From: Vicugna vicugna
Taxonomy: Eukaryota
Length of the DNA: 64,000 bases
Assembly (NCBI GenBank): GCA_013265495.1
Contig: MU058198.1
Coordinates: 1,934,419 to 1,998,418 of the forward strand
Reading direction: 5' to 3'
Positions 26,501 to 35,272 of this stretch are shown here, piece after piece. Both the position numbers and the translations under genes were made by a program. Each line of letters opens with the position of its first letter. Position 1 is the first letter of the stretch. The notes below the pieces were generated by a model that made no database searches, was not told the DNA's origin, and was given only the letters and a program-made list of their open reading frames with translations.

Positions 26501-28622
26501 TGACACAAATGAACTTATTTACAAAACAGAAACAGACTCACAGATATAGAAAACAAACTTATGGTTGTCAAGGGGGGAGAGATAAATGGGGAGTTTGAGA
26601 TTTGCAGATACTAACTGCTACATATAAAACAAATAACAAGGTCCTAATGTATGGTATATACATATATATATATATATTCAACATCTTGTAATAGCGTATA
26701 ATGAAAAAAATTATGAAAATGTGTGTATATATATAAAGAAACAAAACTTTCACATCTACTGAGAAATAATTGATGAAGCTTCTGCATAAGAGCTAAAGGT
26801 GTGCACTGAATGTGTTTTACCTCTAGACTGAGGCCTAAATGAAGAGGATCTAGGTGCTAGATTATTATGTAAATGAAATATGTTTTAGAAATGTGTATAA
26901 AATACAGTTATCAAAAACAGCAGGGAAGAAGGCAGAGGATAACATGGAAAGTAGTATGCTTACTGAATGCCGTTTAGGTGTTAAGTGGGAATAAAAAGGT
27001 GCTACTGTGAATTAGATGCTGGGAAGGGCACTAAGAGGTTACTAGCATATCCAATGTCATTCTTACTAGGGATACAAAAGACAGTATCTTTAAAAAAGAA
27101 GGGACTATTTATGGATATTAGCATAAAGATTGGTATGTAGTTAACCATTAGAACAAAAATACATATTTTCCTGTATCAGAAATAAAAAGATTAAAGAATG
27201 GAGAGAACCAACTATATAATGAAGATACACATACAGTCATATTTTATATGTTTATATTTGTGTTTATAACTATGCAGTATATGTATATATAATTTTTAAT
27301 ATAAGAGGACTATAATTGAATCTGTTACTTTCAGTAAATGTAAATAGGTTAATTCCTTCATTAAAGAAAAAAAATTTCATATTAGCTAACAAGCAAAATC
27401 TAGCTCTCTGATGTGTATAAGAAACACTACTAAAAAAACTAAATCAGAGAGGTTAAAAATAAAAGAATGGGCTACACACTGGCTTGTTATACTCAAACTT
27501 TAGCAATTTGTTAAAAACTGTAAGCTATATATTCTCACCAGCTTATATGTCATCCAACAGTGTCTGCCTTGTATAAACAAATGCTCTCATCATGATTCTG
27601 TCTGTAGATGCCTATCTCTACCCCCATAAGGGGTTAGTTATTTGCCCTGAGTTTGTCCCATCAGAAAACTGATGGGATTAAGAAAAGCCAGTAATCTGGA
27701 ATTTGTCTAGCCTTCTTGTAGTAACAGCAGGAGTGACATTCTTTCTGGGCATGTGAGCGGACAATTTTTTTTGCCCAAAAGCCTGCCCTAAATAACTGCT
27801 TTGAATTCCTCATAATAAGACTATTTCATCAAGGATAAATCTGCTGAAAAGAATTAACCATATCATGCATACCAAAGAGAGTGGATATTCAATCATGTCC
27901 CCTTTTGTATTAGTCACATCCACTCACCTTTCTATGGCATGTAATTAAGTATATATAGCAATATTTTGGCAATTTTAAAAGAAATGTGTAAGATGATTCA
28001 GCCATCCTATCTTTCCTTTCTTAGGTAGTGTGTTAAAGCAGGAGAATCAAAGGATCCTTAACTACTACATCCCCAGCAAGGACAATACCTGGGGAAAGGT
28101 GACTGTAAATTCATACCTTTCTATCATTACATGTTAAGAAAGACCAGTGATGGGAGAAGTATTAGATACTCAGGCATGTGGAGCAGAATTCTGGCAATGC
28201 AGGAGGAGCAGAGTCTTTAGGTTACTTTTCAAACACCCCTAGAGTTTAATTGCTTGGTTTCTGCTCCCTAAATCCCATTGTGAGTCCTTGTCCTTCAAGA
28301 GAATGAGGACAGAGAGCTGCCTTCTCTCAGTTTCTCAATTATCTATTTGTCCATTTTCTCATCCCCCTCTTCTGTGCCTTTTGTCCTCCACCATTAACTT
28401 GGCAGCAGTGGGAGGAAGTGGAAAAGGGACATCTGGCTTGGAGGCTGGAAGGGAGGACTGCAATGATAACTGCACTTTTTGTTGTTGTTGCTAAAGGTGT
28501 TTGGTATTTTGGAGGAAGCCAAAGAGCAATTCAATTTAGAAGACTATTCCATCAGTCAGATAACGCTGGAGCAAGTCTTCCTGAGCTTTGCTAACCTACA
28601 GAACACAGAAGATGATTATTAA
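5363..28622 (+). CDS. ABCA3-like ABC transporter gene 1 (ABCA14/15/16-type paralogue), 3' part: 8 coding exons, 5' end outside window
   Basis: Exons 5363-5547, 14539-14664, 14886-15080, 20333-20520, 21146-21316, 21698-21888, 28025-28098 and 28497-28622 splice in frame (1256 nt, all GT-AG). They encode Walker A, Q-loop, YSGG signature, Walker [13 protein letters not shown]-loop and the ABCA C-terminal [10 protein letters not shown]. Exon sizes 195/188/171/191/74 match human ABCA3 exons 28-32 as I recall them. Confidence 0.93.
5730..13700 (-). mobile_element. Block of nested, degraded, mostly antisense L1 fragments with small LTR pieces
   Basis: T-rich antisense L1 ORF2/ORF1/5'UTR-like sequence. 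Includes an MLT2-like terminus (tgtattagggttctccaga) at 9087-9140 and a sense L1 3' end at about 9206-9400. Confidence 0.6.
14539..14664 (+). CDS. Gene 1 exon: pre-NBD2 linker ([24 protein letters not shown]...LIKELTK)
   Basis: tatag acceptor, aag|gtaaca donor, 126 nt, ABCA-typical EDEDVxxER motif. Confidence 0.93.
14886..15080 (+). CDS. Gene 1 exon: NBD2 Walker A ([23 protein letters not shown])
   Basis: ttttttag acceptor, aag|gtaaga donor, 195 nt; overlaps ORF 14916..15185. Confidence 0.96.
16143..16929 (-). mobile_element. Young lineage-specific L1 3' end (ORF2 C-terminus, 3'UTR, poly-A)
   Basis: ORF 16624..16977 reads [33 protein letters not shown] (L1 ORF2 cysteine-rich domain). Poly-T at about 16143. 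Confidence 0.92.
18799..19014 (-). mobile_element. MER8-like MITE (Tigger2 derivative), complete
   Basis: Terminal inverted repeats catttgacccttga and tcaggggtcaactc, flanked by TA on both sides (18797-98, 19015-16). Confidence 0.8.
20333..20520 (+). CDS. Gene 1 exon: NBD2 Q-loop ([22 protein letters not shown]...HADKLIRTY)
   Basis: aatcag acceptor, ag|gtgagt donor, 188 nt, phase 0 to 2. Confidence 0.95.
21146..21316 (+). CDS. Gene 1 exon: signature and Walker B ([10 protein letters not shown]...[12 protein letters not shown]...IIITSH)
   Basis: tgaag acceptor, ag|gtgtga donor, 171 nt, phase 2 to 2. Confidence 0.95.
21698..21888 (+). CDS. Gene 1 exon: [33 protein letters not shown]...MTFP
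   Basis: ttgctag acceptor, cag|gtaaac donor, 191 nt; overlaps ORF 21699..22019. Confidence 0.95.
22593..24281 (+). mobile_element. Internally deleted L1 (5'UTR start, end of ORF1, ORF2 endonuclease, 3'UTR piece)
   Basis: gagatggtggag 5'UTR start at 22603, ORF2 start region aatgtcaatggactcaatgctccaatcaaa near 23390, abrupt jumps at about 22870 and 24207. Confidence 0.75.
25935..26745 (+). mobile_element. L1 3' fragment carrying an inverted templated insertion
   Basis: ORF2 C-terminal and 3'UTR text (tatgatccagcaatccca, aatggaatactactca, acagactcacagatatagaaaacaaacttatgg). Confidence 0.88.
26214..26341 (-). repeat. 128-bp inverted copy of 24759-24886
   Basis: Manual reverse-complement comparison gives 3 mismatches in 128 bp and no gaps. 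Confidence 0.95.
28025..28098 (+). CDS. Gene 1 penultimate exon ([25 protein letters not shown])
   Basis: tttcctttcttag acceptor, aag|gtgact donor, 74 nt, phase 1 to 0. Confidence 0.92.
28497..28622 (+). CDS. Gene 1 terminal coding exon ([41 protein letters not shown])
   Basis: ctaaag acceptor, ABCA C-terminal motif, TAA at 28620-28622. Confidence 0.94.
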   Translation: MFGILEEAKEQFNLEDYSISQITLEQVFLSFANLQNTEDDY

Positions 28623-28739
28623 CAAAAGGTGCCATGAGATTCAGTTCCAACCGTTATGTCTTCCTTAGACTCCTCTGCTACACCTGGATACATGGAGTGG
28701 CGTTCCTATGTGTGTATCTCAGTGTACATATGTTTATGT

Positions 28740-28745
28740 AATAAA
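28740..28745 (+). terminator. Putative polyadenylation signal of gene 1
   Basis: First AATAAA after the stop codon, about 120 nt downstream. Confidence 0.6.
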
Positions 28746-29143
28746 CAGTCCCACAAAGGAAAACATATGTCCCTTCTTTGTAGATTTACATCAGCAGCCT
28801 GTGTATCCAGTATGTGCAAATCTAAAGGAATTTGGTGAAAAATTTTGTTTTCTCTCCTAGAAATATGAAAGAGCAATGTTTATCAGGGTAGGGACAAGGA
28901 CGCACTCCCGCGTATTCTGTTTGAACAGAAACATCCAGAAATGATGCAGCTGTCAGATAGGATAGCTTAAAGAGCAGGAGTTTTATGTTTTTACTAACAA
29001 AACATAAAACAAAACTGAATTATGGATAAGAGGGGCACATAGCCTGGAGCAAATCATCTTTCCCATAAATACACACACAGAGACAGACACACACATACAT
29101 AAACACACATACCAATTTTTTACCAGTAAGAATCCAGTTAAAA

Positions 29144-29491
29144 GGAGATGCCAAGATGGCAGAGTAAAGAGACTCACAGCTCGCTCTCTCCCACAAATAC
29201 AAGAATTACATCTACAAACCCACTGAATATCACATAACACCTACTGAACTCTGGTAGAGTATCTCTCGCTTCGAATACAAGAGGATTCTTACAAAATCGG
29301 ATAAACAGCAAGTTCATACTGTATAGCACAGGGAACTGTATTCAATATCTTAGAGTAACTTATGGTGAAGAAGAATATGAAAACAAAACAGTCATGTATG
29401 ACGGAAGCATTAATCTGTACACCAGAAATTGACACTTTGTACACTATGCTTCAATAAAAACATATACATATACATATATATACATACACAA
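29144..29491 (+). mobile_element. TSD-flanked mini-L1: L1 5'UTR start fused to L1 3' terminus
   Basis: Starts ggagatgccaagatggcagag, ends caataaaaa plus an AC/AT tail. 16-bp TSD aagaatcca(g/a)ttaaaa at 29128-29143 and 29492-29507. Confidence 0.85.
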
Positions 29492-30399
29492 AAGAATCCA
29501 ATTAAAATCAATATGAAAGTTTAAGGGGTAAATAGGGTTATTATTTCCAAAACTCAAACTGAGATTCCACATTTGTAAGAGAATCTTTGCACAAGAGCAT
29601 TTAAAATCAAAGAATAAAAAGCAAAAACATTATTTTAAATAGTGTGTTTTCTTTCCTATTCCTGCCCCACCTCTGATTAAGAAGGAATAAAGGAGAAATG
29701 AAGTGGAGAGTGAGATAACTCTTTTTCTCATTTTTGTTTGGGCAGATGGGGTTCCCCCCAGAGCAGCATGAGAAATCTCATCACCTCCAGATCCATGGGC
29801 AGATGAGCAGATAGGTAGGATGATCCTTGTGCAACTGCACCATGTAAAGAGTCCATGAAGCTGCTCTATTTCGGGATGGTTTGTTCTAAGGTTTTATATC
29901 CTCAGTTGGATACTGTAATTAAAAAATGGTATCTGGAAGCTGTTCTCTATTCTGTTGTTTTTAGCTGCAATGTAACTTTCTCTAGGTTCCATGACTGTAC
30001 CCACCATAGATTATTGGCAAGTGATTTCAGTAATTGCAAAATTTGTTTCCCAGGTTGACCATCTTTTAAAAGGGAGGAACAACTCATGCTATTAAGCTCT
30101 TGCTTGCATCTAGTCCCCCAGTTGGCTTCATTAATGACCCTTTAAAAAATTCATTTACACTGGTAGTCTCTTATCCCCCAACCCATTTGTTAATCTTACA
30201 GCAAGTACTTTACCTGTAACAGGTGATTATGTGGAAGTAAAGAAAACTCTAGAAAATACCCTGTGGCTGAAGGAATTACCTAAGAAAGAAACAAATTTGG
30301 AAGATGGATCCGCCCAAGACTGGGCTTCAGATCCTCTTGCAGGTTTAGTTGTGGCTCACTTGGTGGTGAGGAAGTTCAGTGTCCTAGGCTAGGGCTGTT

Positions 30400-30771
30400 C
30401 GACACCTGCTGAGCAAGCAGGAATTATGGGGTGGGCGGTGCGGTGGGTACAGGCTGCCTAGGCTGGCCAACAGGGAACCTTGGCTGGGTCTGGCAAGCAA
30501 GCAACTCTTCTCTGGGGTTGTTGGCAGGCTGGTGGGTCACCTCCGTGAATCACTGGGAATCCACACTTAATTGAGGAGGGGTGCCATGAAGTGTTCTCCA
30601 CATCTGCTGCTGGTAAGATCAAGAGGAATCTAAGAGAACATCCTTAACCAAGAATGAAAGCCCGTTGTCCTGCAGAGCTCCTCCAGCGCCCTCTCCTGAC
30701 AAACGTTAACCTGTCAGTTCAAGAGCCTAGCTCTGGCGCTGAGAGGCAGTAAATGATACGTATCTGGCACA
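30400..30771. mobile_element. Ancient LTR remnant, LTR78-like (tentative)
   Basis: ctccagcgccctctcctgacaaa and ctgagaggcagtaaatgat...ctggcaca resemble my recollection of that consensus. Start approximate. Confidence 0.35.
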
Positions 30772-30849
30772 GCCGACAGAGGATTTATCCTTCGATAGTC
30801 AGAATGCAGAATCTGTGACTCGTTAAGTTACACTGGAGCTGGGTATTCG

Positions 30850-32000
30850 GGTGGGATCAGCCAAGAGGAGCAAGCATCGAGGAAACTGGGGAGCATGAGA
30901 AAGGTCTGGAGGTGGGGTCAACTGAAAGACTGGCTGAGGGCTCAGACGAGAGGCAGCGGTTTTCCCGCGCCAAGAGGTCAAGGGCAGAGGCGGAGGGGTG
31001 GCGGGTTGCGGGGGCGGAAGGGCTGCGCATGCGGGGGCAAGGGCCGCGTGTTCTGCGTGTATTATGCTTCACGACGGGGACCTTTCGGGTAGCCCGCCGG
31101 TGGGGGTTTGCAAGACGCGGTAAATTTTCTATTTAAACACCACCAATCCTGGGCGTGAGGGGACGGGGCAGCCACTGGCTCTCCTTAAACTTTCTGCCAC
31201 CAGTCACTGGGCCCGCTGAGGGTGACGTTGACACAGGAGGGAGAGGGAGCCCGCGAGACGTGGAGGATTGTGGGGTCGTCCAGTAGGGTCCAGAGGCAGA
31301 GAACCTGGGGAGCAAGCGAAGGGGCGCCGAGGTGGGGCCTTCAGGGTCTGGGCGGTGCACGAGGGGTGCAGTGGGGAACGAGGGCAGGCTCTGAGGTGTC
31401 AGGGGCCGAGGGACCTGTGTGCGGAGGGGAAGGAGGAGCGGGCTGGCCGGTTCTGGGAAGGTGGGAGGATTGGCAGGCCGCTCTGGGGCTGAGGGCTGGG
31501 AGTGCGACGAGCCGGGGACTAGGCGCGGGCAGGTTGCGCGGAGAAGGGGCGGTGGCCGCGCGCGGCCGCAAACCTGCGGGGGCGGGGGGAGAGGCGGGGC
31601 CGGGTGCGAGGAGGGCGTTGGGAGGAGGCCCTGCGCCGGAGTCGCCGCACGTTTCTCCGCCGCGGAGGCAAAGGCGGAGGCGGTGGCGGTGGCGGTTAAG
31701 AGGCCTGAGCGGTGAGTGTCTGGCCCTCCGCGCCCTTGTTCCTTCTCCCCAGCTTCCCCTGCTCAGCCAGGTGCTCCGCGGAGTTCCCGGAGGCCGACCC
31801 CACTGCCTGCGCTCAGAGCCAGAAAGTGCGTGTCCTACCCCTACCCCCTCCCCGCAAAAGTCACACACAAACCGTCTGCAACCCTTTCTCCCCCCAAAAC
31901 AATTAAACCAGACGACAACCCTCGCAGAATCCCCTATGACTTACCCCAGTCTGTCAGTCACTCGGCCTCGTCCCTCCGTGTCGCCCGCTCTCCCACCACA
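30850..32000. promoter_or_regulatory. CpG island, promoter of gene 2
   Basis: The only GC- and CpG-rich stretch in an AT-rich window. GC boxes (GGGGCGGGG, GAGGCGGGGC) at about 31579-31600, E2F-like TTTCCCGC at 30961, NRF1-like TGCGCATGCG at 31024. Lies about 6 kb upstream of the gene 2 ATG. Confidence 0.85.
31640..31711 (+). other. Putative non-coding first exon of gene 2 (start approximate)
   Basis: Strong donor GCG|GTGAGT at 31712, just downstream of the GC boxes. No transcript evidence available. Confidence 0.6.
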
Positions 32001-32579
32001 TACTGCCGCTGCTTGGGGGTTTACTCAGGAGGGAAGGGTCATGACGCCTCTACCTTTAGACCTCACAGAACTTTCTAGGGGACTATGAGGCGGGACAACA
32101 GGCAAAATAAAGTTTACTTTTCCTCGTCGTGGATTATCCCAAATCTCTTATTTTCTCTAAAAAAGGGAACACTGTCTTCTTACTCTTTGTGGTATGATCC
32201 TTTCTCTGGAGAAAATAAAGATTGGAAGTGGATTGGGTCACAAGATAAAGGAAAGTAAATTGAAATTTAAAACTATGTTTTTCCAGTCACCAGAGTCCTC
32301 AGAAGATATTTTTGCCAGATTTTTGCCTTCTGGAACTTGACTTAAGCGGTATTTGCTGTTTTTAACTTTGATCTGAGCCTTTTGAATAAGGATTAGCTTC
32401 TATATTGTTTATTTTGCAGATATATACTAAATGCTTAATACCAACTACAGTGAGGTCAAATTTTCTACAAAATCTATACTGTTATTTTGAAGGAAACCAA
32501 CTAAAATAATATTCAGAAAATTTGAAATGATGTTAGCATTCCACCACCCCTCCAGTTAAAAATTAATGGAAAATCATTT

Positions 32580-32686
32580 AATTTTAGAATTAAAATTCTA
32601 AAATTTTAATTAATCTAAATTAATTTAATTAATTTAATTAATCTAAAATTCTAAAATTTTAGAATTAAAATTAGAATTCTAAAATT
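32580..32686. repeat. AT-rich nested palindrome cluster
   Basis: 12-bp inverted arms at 32580-32591 and 32594-32605, a perfect 20-bp palindrome at 32647-32666, and a 12-bp palindrome at 32671-32682. Confidence 0.85.
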
Positions 32687-32715
32687 TGAAGAATTTCTCT
32701 GGCAATGGCCTAAAC

Positions 32716-32845
32716 TTTTTTTTTTCCATGGGGGGTAGGTAGTTAGGCTTTTTTTTCCTTGTTTATTTAATGGAGGTACTGGGAATTAAACCCAGGACCT
32801 CATGCATGCTAGGCACGCAGTCTGCCACTGAGCTATGCCCTCCCC
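32716..32845 (-). mobile_element. tRNA-derived SINE, Vic-1-like
   Basis: Reverse-complement homolog of the 1601 SINE, with a poly-T end. Confidence 0.8.
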
Positions 32846-33586
32846 GCTTTGAACTGTTTTTTGGTGGTGTTGTTACTGTTATTAGTTGCTTGGTTTGTGT
32901 GTTTTGTTTCATTTTCACCATTGCCCCATATGCAGAAAACACCTGCCATGCCCTTCTTGGTCAAAATTAGTCTTAAAAGTAATTTAGATCTTCAGAAATG
33001 CTTGCCTAAATTCAGAATGATTCTCAAAGCCATGTACTAAATATTGCAGACATAAAGCTGAACAAGAATTTATACCAAACCCTAGTTTACATTTGGGGAG
33101 GTATCCATTTTCTCTTGTAATGGGGCCAAGGTTTATGGAGCCAGCCTGGAGTCTAGGTCCATGGGTTTAGCCTGACACTAGGGTGGGCTGGGAGCCTGAG
33201 TTTACAAGAACTAATATGGAGCCTGGAGCTACAGGAGCCACCCAGAGTCACAGGAACTGACCAGTACTAGGATGAACTGGGAGTCTGAGTTCATGGGAGC
33301 CCACCAGAAGCTTGGTACCATGAGAGCTGCCTTGGGGACAATCTTGTTCTTAAGATGCAGGTTATACCTTCAGCATGTAGGAAATATAATAATACATATA
33401 AAATTTCATGTGTATATAAATGCATATAGAGTAAATAAATTATACATACAGAATTTCAGTTATAGTTTCATTAATATAGTCCATGCAAGGAGTTTATGAG
33501 CACCTTATTTTAATAGTTGATCAGTTTATTTACATACTGTTTATTTGATGTGACTTTAGCAGGATTGAGGTTTTATTTTTTAACTT

Positions 33587-34214
33587 TTCTTTTTTTTAAC
33601 TTTTTTTATTGAGTTACAGTCATTTTACAATGTTGTGTCAAATTCAGGTGTAGAGTACAATTTTTCAGTTATACACGAACATACATATATTCATTGTCAC
33701 TTTTTTTTTCTCTGTGAGCTACCACAAGATCTTGTATATATTTCCCTGTGCTACACAGTATAATCTTGTTTATCTATTCTGCATATGCCTGCCAGTATCT
33801 ACAAATTTTGAAATCCCAGTCTGCCCCTTCCCACCCCCCACCCCCTGAGCAACTACAAGTCTGTATTCTATGTCTATGAGTCTGTTTCTGTTTTGTATTT
33901 GTTCTTTTTTTTTTTTTTTTTACAGGTCCATCCATGTTGCTGCAAATGGCATTGTTCTTTTTTATGGCTGAATAGTATTCCATTGTATAAATATACCACC
34001 TCTTCTTTATCCAGTCATCTGTTGATGGACATTTAGAGTGTTTCCATGTCTTGGCTATTGTAAATAGTGCTGCTATGAACATTGGGGTGCAGGTGTCTTT
34101 TTGAAGTAGGGTTGCTTCTGGATATATGCCCAGGAGTGGGATTCCTGGGTCATATGATAAGTCTATTCCTAGTCTTTTGAGGAATCTCCATACTGTTTTC
34201 CACAGTGGCTGCAC
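33587..34214 (-). mobile_element. Young L1 3' end, same family as 16143-16929
   Basis: ORF 33774..34214 ([18 protein letters not shown]...[13 protein letters not shown]), near-identical to the 16 kb copy. Confidence 0.92.
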
Positions 34215-34990
34215 TTAGTTTTCTCTTTCTGATATATCATTATTAGTGTAAAGAAAAACAACAGATTCCTGTACATTAGTCTTGTATCCTGCTACCTTGC
34301 TGAATTTATTTATTCTAATAGTTTTTGTGTAGAGACTTTAGGGTTGTCTATGTAGAATATCATGTCATCCGCAAATAGTGACAGTTTTACCTCTTCCCTT
34401 CCAATTTGGATATGTTTATTTTATTTTCTTGTTTGAGAACTGTGACTAGGACTTCGGTACTATGTTGAGTAGAAATGGTGAGAGTTGTCTTGTTCCTGCA
34501 TTTAGCGGGAAGGCTTTCAGCTTTTCACCTTTGAGTATTATGTTGCTTGTGGATTTGTTATAAATGGCTTTTATTATGCTGAAATATGTTCCCGCTATAC
34601 ATGCTTTGGTGAGACTTTTTATCAAGAATGGATGTTGAATTTTGTTAAATGGTTTTTCTGTGTCTATTCAGATAATCGTGGTTTCATCTTTCCTTTTGTT
34701 GCTGTGGTCTGTCACCTTGATTGATTTGCATATATTGAATCATCCCTGTGACCCCAGAATGAATCTAACTTGATCATGATGTGTGATCCCTTTTATGTAT
34801 TGTTGGATTCAGTTTGTTAATATTTTGTTCAGGATTTTTGCATCTATATTTATCAAAGACATTGGCCTGTAATTTTCTTTTCTTGTATTTGTCTTCAGTT
34901 TTGGAATCAGTGTGATGGTGGCTTCATAGAATGGGAGTGTTCACTCCTCTTCAATTCTTTTTGAAATAGTTTGAGCAGGATAGGTATAAG
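34215..34990 (-). mobile_element. L1 ORF2 reverse-transcriptase fragment
   Basis: Antisense LFADDMI region (atcatgtcatccgcaaatagtgac). Confidence 0.85.
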
Positions 34991-35119
34991 TTGATATTTT
35001 AAGTGTTTACTTTATGGGTTTCTTTTTAAAATGCTCTCTGGCAATATTGTTTTCATATTGGAGCATTTAGACCACTTTATCAGTTAGTGTAATTCCTGAT
35101 ATTCAATATTTTGTTTTGT

Positions 35120-35272
35120 CTTTTTTTTAGTTTTTTATTTGAGATGGGAAGGGAGGTAATTAAGTTTACTCATTTATTTACTTTAGTTTTTTTGAGGGAG
35201 TACTGTGGATTGAACCCACGACCTCATGCATGCTAAACACACACTCTACCACTTTGAGCTATACCCTCCCCC
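35120..35272 (-). mobile_element. tRNA-derived SINE, Vic-1-like
   Basis: Reverse-complement homolog of the 1601 SINE. Confidence 0.8.

Noticed and set aside
31222..32088. 288-aa ORF and overlapping ORFs in the CpG island
   Set aside because: GTG start, low-complexity Gly/Arg/Pro/Ala content, open frames on both strands as expected in GC-rich DNA, and it crosses the 31712 splice donor.
32402..32460. Possible extra 5'UTR exon after ttttgcag at 32419
   Set aside because: The acceptor is plausible, but the donor (gag|gtcaaa) is weak and there is no other support.
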